Below are positions 9,741 to 20,693 of a stretch of 37,610 nucleotides of DNA, piece by piece. The DNA is from Candidatus Aphodosoma sp. (GTDB taxonomy: Bacteria; Bacteroidota; Bacteroidia; Bacteroidales; Paludibacteraceae), in assembly GCA_045635445.1 (NCBI GenBank), contig JAZRCE010000014.1, positions 1 to 37,610 of the forward strand, written 5' to 3'. The translations under genes were made by a program, and so were the position numbers. The first letter of the stretch is position 1. Every line of letters starts with the position of its first letter. Under the pieces are notes generated by a model. The model did no database searches and had not been told where the DNA came from. It worked only from the letters and a program-made list of their open reading frames with translations.

Positions 9741-9864
9741 ATTGCAAAGGTAAGGTGAAAGTAAGGTTATCCTATGAAGAAGGTAAGAAGAAGGTAAGGA
9801 AAATATAGAGTTTAGGAAAGTTGATTTGAATTGGTATTTTTTAGATTTTTTAGCAATATTTGAA

Positions 9865-9896
9865 TTTGGATATTCAAATATTTTTTATTATCTTTG
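9865..9896 (+). promoter_or_regulatory. Promoter of gpmI (-33 TTTG, -7 TATCTTTG)
   Basis: TTTG at 9865-9868 and TATCTTTG at 9889-9896 with a 20-nt spacer. An 11-bp inverted repeat overlaps it. Confidence 0.5.
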
Positions 9897-9993
9897 CGTG
9901 TTATATTATACATAAAACAAAATCAATTATTAACTCAATATTTAGGCGGTTAATTCGTTGTAATACTGCCATTTAACACTTAGTATTAGAAAT

Positions 9994-11511
9994 ATGAATA
10001 AAGCACTTTTGATGATTCTCGATGGATGGGGAATCGGTAATGGAACAAAATCTGACGTAATTGCACAAATGCCAACTCCTTATTGGGACTCTTTGTTGGC
10101 TAAATATCCTCATTCTCAGCTACAAGCATCGGGCGAATATGTAGGACTTCCTGATGGACAAATGGGTAACTCGGAAGTAGGTCACTTGAATATTGGCGCT
10201 GGTCGCATTGTGTATCAAGACTTGGTGAAAATCAATCGCGCTTGTGCGGATAATTCTATTCTTGAAAATAAAGCTATTAAAAAGGCGTTTGAGTTTGCTA
10301 AAGCTAATGGCGGTGATGTTCACTTTATGGGATTGACTTCAGATGGTGGTGTGCACTCTTCGTTGGTTCACTTATTTAAATTGTGCGATATTGCAAAACA
10401 TTATGGTTTGGCTAACCACTATGTTCACTGCTTTATGGATGGTCGTGATACTGACCCTCGTTCGGGTAAAGGTTTTATTGCTCAATTGGAAGAACATTTG
10501 GCTACTACTGGAGGTAAGATTGCATCTATCATTGGTCGCTACTATGCTATGGACCGAGACAAACGTTGGGAACGCGTGAAAATTGCTTATGATTTGTTGG
10601 TGAATGGCGTGGGTGAAGCTACGGTGAATACTGTTGACGCTGTACAAAAATCATATGACAATGAGGTGACTGATGAGTTCATCAAACCTATCGTACACGT
10701 AGATGGCGAAGGACGACCAGTGGCTACTATCAAAGATGGCGACGTGGTGATTTTCTTCAACTATCGCAACGACCGTGCTAAAGAATTGACTCAAGTGTTG
10801 ACTCAAAAAGATATGCCAGAAGAGGGAATGAAAACATTGAAGTTGGACTACTACTGTATGACTCCATACGATGCTTCATTTACAGGTGTAAATATTATTT
10901 TCGACAAAGAGAATGTGGAAAACACATTGGGCGAAGTGGTGTCGAAAGCTGGCGCACGTCAGTTGCACATTGCTGAAACTGAAAAATATGCTCACGTTAC
11001 GTTCTTCCTCAATGGTGGTCGTGAAACTCCATACGAAAACGAAGACCGTATTTTGATTAACTCGCCTAAAGTGGCTACATACGATTTGCAACCTGAGATG
11101 TCGGCATTCGAAGTGGCAGATGCGCTTGCGGCAGAATTGGCTAAAGAGACTTACGATTTGGCAATTGTGAACTTTGCAAATGGCGATATGGTTGGTCACA
11201 CTGGTGTATATGAAGCAATTGAAAAAGCAGTGGTTACAATTGATAAATGCGTAGAACAAGTGGTGGAAACTGCCCGTGCTCACGGATATCAAACTATTAT
11301 TATTGCAGACCACGGCAATGCAGACAATGCAATGAATGCTGATGGTTCGGCTAATACAGCACACTCGTTGAACCCAGTGCCATTTGTATTCGTATCAGAC
11401 ACATACAAAGGCGAAGTGAAAGATGGTATTTTGGCAGACGTGGCTCCATCGATATTGAAAGTGATGGGCATTGAAACTCCTGCAGATATGACAGGTAACT
11501 CTTTGATTTAA
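9994..11511 (+). CDS. gpmI: 2,3-bisphosphoglycerate-independent phosphoglycerate mutase
   Basis: 505 aa. 'LMILDGWG', '[14 protein letters not shown]', '[13 protein letters not shown]', 'FMDGRDT' and 'ADHGNA' are hallmark iPGM motifs. Confidence 0.95.
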   Translation: MNKALLMILDGWGIGNGTKSDVIAQMPTPYWDSLLAKYPHSQLQASGEYVGLPDGQMGNSEVGHLNIGAGRIVYQDLVKINRACADNSILENKAIKKAFEFAKANGGDVHFMGLTSDGGVHSSLVHLFKLCDIAKHYGLANHYVHCFMDGRDTDPRSGKGFIAQLEEHLATTGGKIASIIGRYYAMDRDKRWERVKIAYDLLVNGVGEATVNTVDAVQKSYDNEVTDEFIKPIVHVDGEGRPVATIKDGDVVIFFNYRNDRAKELTQVLTQKDMPEEGMKTLKLDYYCMTPYDASFTGVNIIFDKENVENTLGEVVSKAGARQLHIAETEKYAHVTFFLNGGRETPYENEDRILINSPKVATYDLQPEMSAFEVADALAAELAKETYDLAIVNFANGDMVGHTGVYEAIEKAVVTIDKCVEQVVETARAHGYQTIIIADHGNADNAMNADGSANTAHSLNPVPFVFVSDTYKGEVKDGILADVAPSILKVMGIETPADMTGNSLI

Positions 11512-11638
11512 ATTTAAAATTAAAATTTGAGTATTGAGAATTCATTACTCATTTTAGAAATAGAAATACCCAAGAGTATCTTGGTTGATGCTCTTGGGAC
11601 AAAGTAAAAGAAAAAATAAAAAAAACTAATATAGAACT

Positions 11639-13555
11639 ATGAAAAAATTAATCATTGCAACGTTGGCTCTTATTGGAGCTGTGCAACTATCGGCTCAAGA
11701 AGAGGTGTTGATGACTATCAACGGTGAACCTATAACCAAAACAGAATTTGAATACATCTACAACAAAAACAATGGTGATAATGCTATTGACAAAAAAACA
11801 TTAGATGAATATGTAGAATTATTTATAAATTTCAAGCTTAAGGTAGCCGAAGCGAAAACTTTAGGTATTGATACAACTCCAGCATTCAAACGTGAATTAA
11901 ATGGTTATCGCAAACAATTGGCAAAACCGTATTTAACTGACTCTGAATTGGAAGAGGCTTTATACCAAGAGGCTTATAGCCATTTTAGTCAAGACTGTGA
12001 GGTTAGCCATATCTTGATAAAAACAACAGAAGGAGAAGATACTTTAGACGCCTATAATCAAGCCCTTAATGTGATTGCACGTTTAAAAAAAGGCGAAGAT
12101 TTTGCTAAAGTAGCAGATGAGGTCTCTGCCGATCAATCAGTTATTCGTAATCATGGCTATCTTGGTTGGTTTACCGCATTGCAATTAGTATGGCCATTTG
12201 AAAAAGCCATGTATGAATTGCCTATAAATGAGATTTCTAATCCTGTCAGATCTGACTTTGGATACCATATTATCAAAGTACACAATCGTCGCCCGGCATT
12301 GGGTCAAGTGAATGCTAGTCATATCATGAAAATAAGCAATGACCGTATGCCAAAAGAAATGCAAGAGAAAAAATATAATGAAATTGTAGAAATAAAAAAA
12401 CGCCTTGATGCAGGTGAAGACTTTGCCACTTTAGCAAAAGAATTAAGTGATGATAAACCATCAGCACAGAAAGGTGGCGATCTTGGTTGGTTTGGAATTG
12501 GACGTATGGTAAAAGAATTCGAGAAAGCTGCATTTTCTTTGAATGCAGGCGAAACTTCTGAGATTATAAAAACCCAATTCGGTTGGCATATTATCTATGT
12601 TAAGGATAAACGAGGTGTTGATTCTTTTGAAAAGAAAAAAGGGGATATTCAGCGTATGATGCAATATGACGATCGTGGTACCGCTGCAAAAGTATCATTT
12701 ATAAACAAACTAAAATCAGAGTATGATGTTAAAGTTGATATTTCAGAACTAAATAGAGTAAAGAAATTAGTTGAACAATATGCTGATAATGATTCACTTT
12801 TATTGATTAATTGCAAACAACAAGAAGGAAAACTTATTACCTATGCAAATCAATCAATACTTACAAGCGAATTTATTACTTATTATGTTACTACTAAAGC
12901 ATTAGGCACAGATGTAGACGCAAAAGTAGAACAAATCATTGAGATTAAACTAATGCAATATGAAGATTCGCAATTAGAAAAAAAATATATTGACTTTGCG
13001 AACCTAATGAGAGAATACCACGACGGAATTTTATTGTTTGAAATATCAAACCGCGAAGTATGGGAAAAAGCGATTAAAGATACAGAAGGATTGGAAAAAT
13101 ATTTCAAACAAAACAAGAAAAATTATACGTGGGAAACTCCACGATATAAGGGATTTGTTATAAAATGCAAAGATACAGAGACTGCAAAGAAATTGCAAAA
13201 GACAATTAAAAAAATGAATCCTGATTCTGTGATGAACTATATTCGCACGCAAGTAAACAATGATTCTATAACCTATGCTATTGTAGAACGTGGTTTATGG
13301 AAAGAAGGGGAAAATTGCTATATAGATGCTACAGAATTTGATATTGAAAGTAGATTTGCTGATGCAGAAATAGATCCAGAATTGCCAATTGTTGTTATCG
13401 TTGGTAAAATATTGAAAAAGCCAAAAACTTATACTGATGTACGTGGAGCCATCACTGCTGATTATCAAGCATATCTCGAAAAAAAATGGATTGAAAAACT
13501 TCGCAATAAATACGTTGTTGTAATAAACCAAGAAGTATTAAATACATTAAGATAA
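11639..13555 (+). CDS. Periplasmic parvulin-type peptidyl-prolyl isomerase (two PpiC domains)
   Basis: Signal peptide. Two rotamase modules: 'VSHILIK...GYLGWF...GYHIIKV' and 'ASHIMK...GGDLGWF...GWHIIYV'. Confidence 0.85.
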   Translation: MKKLIIATLALIGAVQLSAQEEVLMTINGEPITKTEFEYIYNKNNGDNAIDKKTLDEYVELFINFKLKVAEAKTLGIDTTPAFKRELNGYRKQLAKPYLTDSELEEALYQEAYSHFSQDCEVSHILIKTTEGEDTLDAYNQALNVIARLKKGEDFAKVADEVSADQSVIRNHGYLGWFTALQLVWPFEKAMYELPINEISNPVRSDFGYHIIKVHNRRPALGQVNASHIMKISNDRMPKEMQEKKYNEIVEIKKRLDAGEDFATLAKELSDDKPSAQKGGDLGWFGIGRMVKEFEKAAFSLNAGETSEIIKTQFGWHIIYVKDKRGVDSFEKKKGDIQRMMQYDDRGTAAKVSFINKLKSEYDVKVDISELNRVKKLVEQYADNDSLLLINCKQQEGKLITYANQSILTSEFITYYVTTKALGTDVDAKVEQIIEIKLMQYEDSQLEKKYIDFANLMREYHDGILLFEISNREVWEKAIKDTEGLEKYFKQNKKNYTWETPRYKGFVIKCKDTETAKKLQKTIKKMNPDSVMNYIRTQVNNDSITYAIVERGLWKEGENCYIDATEFDIESRFADAEIDPELPIVVIVGKILKKPKTYTDVRGAITADYQAYLEKKWIEKLRNKYVVVINQEVLNTLR

Positions 13556-13556
13556 G

Positions 13557-14393
13557 ATGAAACAAAAACTTTTTATGTTGATAATAAACATAGTGATTCT
13601 TACTTCGTGCTCGTATATTGAAAAACAGATAGAACAATACGAAAATGATGATATAGTTGCTATTGTTGAAGATAAATATCTCTATAAAGACGATATCAAT
13701 AATTTAGTTCCTCAAGGGACTAATAGTACTGATAGTGCAGCTATTATTGAGTCTTATATTCAACGTTGGGCAACGAACGTATTGATGTTAAAAAATGCTG
13801 AACGTAATATTTCAAACCTAGAAGAAATAAATAAAATGGTCGAAGATTATCGTCAACGTTTAATAACACACAATTATCAACAAGAAATGGTCAATCAAAA
13901 AATAGATATACCAACAGATGAAGAAGCACTAGAATTCTACAACACGCATAAAGAGGCATTTATACTCGAAAACGTTATTATAAAAGGGGCAAGTATAACT
14001 TTACCTAACAATATAAAAACGGATAAAATTCAGAATAAATTCAAGAAACTTAATGATAATTTGGAAGAGATAGAAAAATATGCGCTTCAATATGCTACTA
14101 ATTATGTACTATTTATTGAGAATTGGATGCCTATCAACAATGTAATAGATGAAAAGACAATAAATATTACAAAAATCGGACAATATGAGCACAAAGATAG
14201 TTTGCATACAACTTTTATAAGTATAACGGACTATATGAATATTGGAGAAATCGCTCCTTTTGAATTTATAAAGGAGGATGTTAAACATGTGTTATACGAT
14301 CAACAGAAAATGGATTATCTAAATAATTTTGGTAAAGAATTGTATAATTACGGAATAAAACACGGACAAATTAAAATAAAAAATCAAGAGTAA
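13557..14393 (+). CDS. Lipoprotein, unknown function (chaperone-cluster member with no recognisable rotamase motif)
   Basis: Lipobox 'ILTSCS'. The start codon is 1 nt after the upstream stop, and the gene sits between two PPIase genes. No catalytic motif recognised. Confidence 0.5.
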   Translation: MKQKLFMLIINIVILTSCSYIEKQIEQYENDDIVAIVEDKYLYKDDINNLVPQGTNSTDSAAIIESYIQRWATNVLMLKNAERNISNLEEINKMVEDYRQRLITHNYQQEMVNQKIDIPTDEEALEFYNTHKEAFILENVIIKGASITLPNNIKTDKIQNKFKKLNDNLEEIEKYALQYATNYVLFIENWMPINNVIDEKTINITKIGQYEHKDSLHTTFISITDYMNIGEIAPFEFIKEDVKHVLYDQQKMDYLNNFGKELYNYGIKHGQIKIKNQE

Positions 14394-14400
14394 TTAGATT

Positions 14401-15753
14401 ATGAAAAAGTTCAATTTGATTTTATTGACTTTGTTATTATCAATATTTTCTTTTTGCCAAGAAAAGAATATGATTGATGGTGTTGTTTGGGTTGTAGGTG
14501 ACGAAGCCATACTCAGATCTGACATCGAACAGGAAAGAATTAGAGCTCAGTATGAAGGTCAACGTATTCAAGGAGACCCATATTGTATCATACCAGAACA
14601 AATAGCTATACAGAAACTATTCATCCACCAAGCAAAAATAGATAGTATTGAAGTAAATGAAGGTCAAGTGGAAAGTCAAGTCAATTCACAAATGAACTTC
14701 TTTATACGTCAAATTGGTTCTCGCGAAAAGTTAGAAGAATACTATCGCAAAAGTTATTCTGAAATAAAAGACGAAATGCGACAAACTGTTGCTGATCAAA
14801 CATTAGTACAACAAGTCCAGTATTCTTTGGTGCAAAATGTGAAAGTTACACCTGCTGATGTTCGTCGATTCTATTCAAAACTATCCCAAGACTCTATACC
14901 TACTATTCCGGCACAAGTTGAAGTACAAATTATTACTATTGAACCACCTATTCCAGAAGAAGTAATAGAAGCAACTAAGAATAGATTAAGAGAATATGCC
15001 GAACGAGTAACAAAAGGAGAAGCTGATTTTTCTATGTTAGCACGTCTATATTCAGATGATACGGAAAGTGCAAAACAGGGAGGGGAATTAGGTTTTGCTG
15101 GGAGAGGTACATTTGTGCCTGAATTTGCCAATACTGCATTTGCCTTAACAGAACCAGGTAGTATAAGTCGTGTTATCGAGACTGAATTTGGTTTTCATAT
15201 TATACAACTTATAGAAAAAAGGGATGACAGAGTAAATTGTCGTCATATATTATTGAGACCTAAGATAACAAGCGATATAAAAATCAGAACACTCAACACA
15301 TTAGACAGCATAGCAACAGATATACGAACAGAAAAAATATCATTTGAAGCAGCAGCTTCATTGATGTCATCGGACAAAGACACAAAAATGAATAATGGTT
15401 TGATGACTAATCAAAAAAGTGGATCTGCAAAATTTGAGTTTCAAGATTTACCTCCTGAAATTGCAAAATTAATTTATAAAATGAAACCCGGAGAAATATC
15501 TGAACCATTTGCAATGTTTTCTCAAAAATTAGGCCGAGAAGTGTATGCCATTGTTAAACTTAAGAATCACATACCTAGTCACAAAGCCAATTTAACTGAT
15601 GACTTTCAAATATTAAAAAATATGTGTGAAAGTCAAATTAAAGAAAAAACTATCAAAGAGTGGTTAAAGAAAAAAATATCTGACACGTACATATATATTG
15701 CCCCAGAATGGCGTGACTGCGATTTTGAATTTAAGGAATGGATAAAAAAATAA
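14401..15753 (+). CDS. SurA-like periplasmic chaperone / peptidyl-prolyl isomerase
   Basis: Signal peptide, SurA_N-like N-terminus and a parvulin domain ('GGELGFAGRGTFVPEF...GFHIIQL', 'CRHILL'). Confidence 0.8.
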   Translation: MKKFNLILLTLLLSIFSFCQEKNMIDGVVWVVGDEAILRSDIEQERIRAQYEGQRIQGDPYCIIPEQIAIQKLFIHQAKIDSIEVNEGQVESQVNSQMNFFIRQIGSREKLEEYYRKSYSEIKDEMRQTVADQTLVQQVQYSLVQNVKVTPADVRRFYSKLSQDSIPTIPAQVEVQIITIEPPIPEEVIEATKNRLREYAERVTKGEADFSMLARLYSDDTESAKQGGELGFAGRGTFVPEFANTAFALTEPGSISRVIETEFGFHIIQLIEKRDDRVNCRHILLRPKITSDIKIRTLNTLDSIATDIRTEKISFEAAASLMSSDKDTKMNNGLMTNQKSGSAKFEFQDLPPEIAKLIYKMKPGEISEPFAMFSQKLGREVYAIVKLKNHIPSHKANLTDDFQILKNMCESQIKEKTIKEWLKKKISDTYIYIAPEWRDCDFEFKEWIKK

Positions 15754-17531
15754 TTTTCAAATATTTACAAAACAAAGCAATATTACTGCCAGTAATGATT
15801 TTAATATTATTACTGAGCAGTAATATTATTTATGCTCAAATAGCAACAGAGCTCATTAAGATGCCTTCTAAACCTCAAACAGAGAACAACGAGAAAAAAA
15901 AAACAGAGAAAGGGAACAACAAAACTCGTCCCAAAACAGAAATATCAAAGGGGCCAACACAAACAGCAACAAAAACAGGGAAACAAACTCTTATATATCT
16001 AGAACGCAGTGATTTAATTAAATTCGACAATGAAAATCTACCTGACATTCAGGTTCTTGTTGGGGATGTTGTATTACGACATGATGATATTTATCTCTAT
16101 TGCGATTCAGCTCATATGAACCAAGCAAATAACTCATTCATTGCTTTTGGTAATATAAAAATAGAACAAGGTGACTCTATTGAAATATATTCAAAAAATC
16201 TAAATTATGATGGCAATACACGTATTGCAGAATTACACCGAGATGTAAAAATGATAAATGGAGAAGTCACTCTTTACACAGACACACTAATATATGATAG
16301 AACTAAAAATTTAGGATACTACAGATGTGGAGGAAAATTAGTAGATTCACTAAATACATTAGTTTCAGAGCATGGTTATTACCACGCTGATACAAAAATT
16401 GCTGAATTCAAATATGATATTATTGGAGAAAATAATAAATCAACACTAGAGAGCGATACTCTAATTTATAATACAGAAACAAAAATAGCAACGATTCTAG
16501 GTCCGACATATATATATCACTCGGATAGTACAATAATATACTCTGAATTAGGGTGGTATAATAGCATAAATGATAAATCACAATTATTGAAAACGCCATT
16601 AATTAATCATGGAGAAGGGAAACAACTAAAAGGGGATACTATATTCTATGATAAATTGATGGGGATAGGAGAAGCTTTTCATAATGTTGAGTTGATTGAC
16701 TCTCTAAAAAAAACAAGATTATATGGTCATTATGGATATTACAAAGAAGATGGCGAAATTGGTTTAGTTACAGACTCTGCTATGATGATAGAATATTCGC
16801 AAAAGGATACAACCTACATACATGGTGACACTTTATTTTCTTTTGCTCATGGCGACAATGAGAAAATGGTACTTGCATATCACAATGTGCGCCTTTATAA
16901 TAATACCTTTCAAAGTGTATGCGATTCCTTAACCTTTTTCTCTGGTGATTCTATACTCCACTTAATGCAAATGCCTATAATATGGAATGAAGAACAACAA
17001 ATAACAGGCGACACTATACATATATATCCTAAAAATGGAGAGATAGATAGGATACATATTGTTAATAATGCTATAATGATTCAAGAAGAAGACACTATCC
17101 ACTATAATCAAGTAGCAGGAAAAGAAATCATGGCATATATAGTTAATGAGGAGTTAGACATGGTGCAGATATCTAGCAATGTTGAATCAATATTCTATCC
17201 CAATGACCAGGGTGAATTAATCGGGCTAAATACAATAAAAAGCAGTTATATGACAATATATTTTCTTGAGGGAAAATTAGAAAGATTTAATGTATATCCG
17301 TCACCAACTGCAGTAATGTACCCTATGTCTCAAATCAAAAAAAACTTACTATATCTGCCAAATTTCACTTGGCAAATAGATATTAGACCTATTTCAAAGG
17401 AAGACATATTCAGACAACCACAAAGATTAACTCAAGCAGAAATAGATAAACACAAGAAAGAATTAAAAGCACAAGAACAAGAAGAAAAAAAGAATAAACG
17501 TAAAAAACAAAATCTAGAAGAAAAAAAATAG
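15738..17531 (+). CDS. OstA/LptD-N-terminal-like repeat protein
   Basis: Signal peptide. Repeated beta-rich 'GD.I.Y....' modules are typical of OstA-like domains, and there is a Lys/Glu-rich C-terminal tail. It overlaps the upstream stop by 16 nt. The family call is from pattern memory. Confidence 0.55.
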   Translation: MDKKIIFKYLQNKAILLPVMILILLLSSNIIYAQIATELIKMPSKPQTENNEKKKTEKGNNKTRPKTEISKGPTQTATKTGKQTLIYLERSDLIKFDNENLPDIQVLVGDVVLRHDDIYLYCDSAHMNQANNSFIAFGNIKIEQGDSIEIYSKNLNYDGNTRIAELHRDVKMINGEVTLYTDTLIYDRTKNLGYYRCGGKLVDSLNTLVSEHGYYHADTKIAEFKYDIIGENNKSTLESDTLIYNTETKIATILGPTYIYHSDSTIIYSELGWYNSINDKSQLLKTPLINHGEGKQLKGDTIFYDKLMGIGEAFHNVELIDSLKKTRLYGHYGYYKEDGEIGLVTDSAMMIEYSQKDTTYIHGDTLFSFAHGDNEKMVLAYHNVRLYNNTFQSVCDSLTFFSGDSILHLMQMPIIWNEEQQITGDTIHIYPKNGEIDRIHIVNNAIMIQEEDTIHYNQVAGKEIMAYIVNEELDMVQISSNVESIFYPNDQGELIGLNTIKSSYMTIYFLEGKLERFNVYPSPTAVMYPMSQIKKNLLYLPNFTWQIDIRPISKEDIFRQPQRLTQAEIDKHKKELKAQEQEEKKNKRKKQNLEEKK

Positions 17532-17556
17532 TATAAAACAATTTAAACAACTAATA

Positions 17557-18225
17557 ATGCGGCCTATATTCGTAATACATAACGAACAACGTACAAGTGA
17601 AATAATAGCACAACTTATTGCTTCTAGAATGAATTTTGCAATTCGAGAAGTCTCCTTTTATGAACTAGATGATATAAACAATTATATAGAGAAAGAGGAT
17701 GCTGCTCTATTGGTCATTGGCCTAAACAGATCTAAAGATATACAATACTACTTAAACAAATGTCGAGAATTACGCATTCCATATATATTTGTTAAGAATG
17801 ATATTGAAAAGGATTTTAATATTGAAAATATTATATTGCCCATAACAAATCTTGAGGAAGAGAGAGAAAAAGGTCCATATGCATCTTCTTTTGCTCGACA
17901 TTTTCGCTGCGACACAATAATTTATCAGCCAAATGATTATGGAACAAAAGCTGCTATGAATATAGAAACCATTACTATTTTATTTAATTCTTTTAACTTA
18001 CAATACACAATAATAAAAGGGAAAAAAAATAGCAGTTTAATAGAATTAGAAGCTTGCAGAACAACGAAAGCAACCAAAAACTCTATTCTAATTATATCGG
18101 CATCAAGAGACTATGGCCTTGATGACATAATCTTTGGTCCTAAAGAAAGAAAAATATTAATTGAAACCTCAAACCCAACAATGCTAATAAACCCTAGAGG
18201 TGATTTATATGCATTATGTGACTAA
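17557..18225 (+). CDS. Hypothetical cytoplasmic protein
   Basis: 222-aa ORF in operon context with no signal peptide and no motif I recognise. Confidence 0.45.
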   Translation: MRPIFVIHNEQRTSEIIAQLIASRMNFAIREVSFYELDDINNYIEKEDAALLVIGLNRSKDIQYYLNKCRELRIPYIFVKNDIEKDFNIENIILPITNLEEEREKGPYASSFARHFRCDTIIYQPNDYGTKAAMNIETITILFNSFNLQYTIIKGKKNSSLIELEACRTTKATKNSILIISASRDYGLDDIIFGPKERKILIETSNPTMLINPRGDLYALCD

Positions 18226-18239
18226 AAATATATAGAAAT

Positions 18240-20045
18240 ATGAAAAAATTAATTTTATGTGCATTGAGTATTATTTGTTTTACTTTCTGCTTTGCCCAAA
18301 CCAACTATCCAATAATTGAAAAAAATGGACAAAAATATTATGAATATACAATCAATCCTGGAGATGGGTTGTTGGCTATAGCTAAAAAATTTGGTATAAA
18401 ACAAACTGATCTACATATAGCAAATCAAAATTTATCGACAAATATAAAAGTTGGTGATAAAATATTAATTCCTATATTTGAAAAAAATGACAATGCAATA
18501 AGTAGTGCTTCAACAATACACATAGTTGAAGCAAAACAAACATTATATAGCATATCTAAAATGTATAATGTTCATGTAGATAGTTTAATTACATTAAACC
18601 CAGCGGCAAAAAAAGTGCTACAAATAGGAGACACTTTGATTATCTCATTAAATAAACCAAAACAAGTAGATTCTCAAGCAACTCAATGCACTACTCCTAA
18701 CGAAAACGAATTATCAAAAGTAGAAGACATTATTCATGTTGTAGAAAAAAAGGAAACACTTTTTTCTATATCAAAGAAATATAATGTTGCTATTCACGAC
18801 CTTATTGAATTAAATCCTGAATTAAAAGATGGTCTTAAGGCTGGATCCTCTATTATAATAAAAAAAAGCACAGATCAACCTGTAAATAATGGGAATAATA
18901 TTCAAGATAAAAAAGGGGAGAATAATGCATCAATACACAAAGAAAATGAAACAAAAGACTTACAAGACACTAAAATAGAAAACCCACAAACAGATTCTGT
19001 TATAAATCCGATAACTATTAATACAAACAACACAAACCTAAACATAGCATATCTACTTCCATTACTACCAGAATCAACACGAGACGATAGTTACAGACGT
19101 TTTGTTGAATTCTATCGTGGTTCGTTATTAGCTATGCAAGAAGCTAAAAACAATGGTAAATCAGCAAATATTTTCACGTATAACATACAAAAGAATAATC
19201 AAAAGATAGACTCTATACTTCAAGATATTAAAGATAAAAATATAGATATAATTATAGGGCCAGCTTATTCAACCCAATTAGATAAAGTTTTAACATTTAG
19301 CAAAGAAAACAGCATTGTAACAATAGTTCCATTTTCAAATAAAATAGATAGTATATATCACCATGATAAACTACTACAGTTCAATCCAACGAATACTACT
19401 TTATTTACTACCATTTCTAACAATTTATTAAATTCTCATAATTATAAATATATATTAGTTAATTTTGAAAATTGTACAAACAAGGGGGGGCAATTCACAA
19501 ATCATCTCAAAAATGAATTATTAACACGTAACAAAGACTTTAAAGAAATCACAATAAAAAATCAATTCGATCAAAAATTAATTAAGAATATCTCATCTGA
19601 TACAACAATTATTGTTCTTGGATCATCTAAAATAAATGATGTTGCACATATATTAGATAGTCTTAATCAATACAATATACCAACACTCAAAGTTTGGGGA
19701 TTTGAAGATTGGGGTATAAATATCATAAAAAAATATCCACAAGTATATTATTATTCATTATTCAACCCAAATATTACAGACAGATACAAGAACAACTACA
19801 AATTATGGTTTGGTGTACGTAAACAAACAATTGATGTACAATATGATTTATTAGGTTATGACATAACGACATTTGCACTTAACGAACTATCTATTTCAGA
19901 ATATGGTTTGACATTTAATACGGATTACTCGAAATCAGATTATCTTCAAACTCAACCTATCTTTAACTTTACAAATGGTCGTTGGCTTAATACCAAGTAC
20001 TATATTCTTTTTTGGAATAATGGAATAATAAAAGATATAAAATAG
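18240..20045 (+). CDS. LysM-repeat peptidoglycan-binding protein with a C-terminal periplasmic-binding-protein-like domain
   Basis: Signal peptide. Three LysM repeats ('YTINPGDGLLAIAKKFGI...', 'HIVEAKQTLYSISKMYNV...', 'HVVEKKETLFSISKKYNV...'). The C-terminal ~330 aa is PBP type I-like. Confidence 0.8.
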   Translation: MKKLILCALSIICFTFCFAQTNYPIIEKNGQKYYEYTINPGDGLLAIAKKFGIKQTDLHIANQNLSTNIKVGDKILIPIFEKNDNAISSASTIHIVEAKQTLYSISKMYNVHVDSLITLNPAAKKVLQIGDTLIISLNKPKQVDSQATQCTTPNENELSKVEDIIHVVEKKETLFSISKKYNVAIHDLIELNPELKDGLKAGSSIIIKKSTDQPVNNGNNIQDKKGENNASIHKENETKDLQDTKIENPQTDSVINPITINTNNTNLNIAYLLPLLPESTRDDSYRRFVEFYRGSLLAMQEAKNNGKSANIFTYNIQKNNQKIDSILQDIKDKNIDIIIGPAYSTQLDKVLTFSKENSIVTIVPFSNKIDSIYHHDKLLQFNPTNTTLFTTISNNLLNSHNYKYILVNFENCTNKGGQFTNHLKNELLTRNKDFKEITIKNQFDQKLIKNISSDTTIIVLGSSKINDVAHILDSLNQYNIPTLKVWGFEDWGINIIKKYPQVYYYSLFNPNITDRYKNNYKLWFGVRKQTIDVQYDLLGYDITTFALNELSISEYGLTFNTDYSKSDYLQTQPIFNFTNGRWLNTKYYILFWNNGIIKDIK

Positions 20046-20051
20046 AATAAT

Positions 20052-20663
20052 ATGAAAAGAATATATCTAATCATATTAGTTTGTATAATAACCAATTATC
20101 TCCTTGCTCAAAATGATTATCAAGAGCATGCAATAGGTATAAGAGGGGGGGCTACATTGTCGATGGTACAATTCAATCCATCAATACAACAATCTACCCT
20201 ACCTATAACATATCATGTTGGAGCACAATTTCGAATGGTATCAGAAAAATACTTTGGTTTAAAGGTTGAATTAAATTATTCTCAGAAAGGTTTTAAGGAC
20301 ATTAACGGACATCGTCGTTTAGACTATATAGAACTTCCACTTATGACACATATCACTTTTGGGCAAAAACTTTTCCGCTTCTTTATAGATCTAGGCCCAG
20401 AAGTTGCATATTTAATACAAGATAAAACTATTATTTCTACAGAACAACAACATAATCTTCTTGTTAAAAATCGATTTGACTATGGTCTTGTTGGAGGACT
20501 AGGTTTTGAACTTAACACTAAATATGGTATATACACTATTGATGCAAGATATAATTTTGGTTTAAATAATATATTTGGCAATTCTGCCAGTGAATATTTT
20601 AAAACATCTACAAACCAAAATATTACATTATCCTTAGCTTATCTATTCCCTATTAGAAACTAA
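20052..20663 (+). CDS. Small outer-membrane beta-barrel protein (PorT/OMP_b-brl family-like)
   Basis: Signal peptide, alternating hydrophobic beta-strand pattern, 203 aa. Confidence 0.6.
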   Translation: MKRIYLIILVCIITNYLLAQNDYQEHAIGIRGGATLSMVQFNPSIQQSTLPITYHVGAQFRMVSEKYFGLKVELNYSQKGFKDINGHRRLDYIELPLMTHITFGQKLFRFFIDLGPEVAYLIQDKTIISTEQQHNLLVKNRFDYGLVGGLGFELNTKYGIYTIDARYNFGLNNIFGNSASEYFKTSTNQNITLSLAYLFPIRN

Positions 20664-20693
20664 ATATCATTAACCATTAAAAACTAAATTATT

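Noticed and set aside
10120-11545. ORFs antisense or out of frame within gpmI (e.g. 10876-11364, 162 aa)
   Set aside because: gpmI motifs occupy the sense frame throughout. The Cys/Phe/His-rich antisense products look non-biological.
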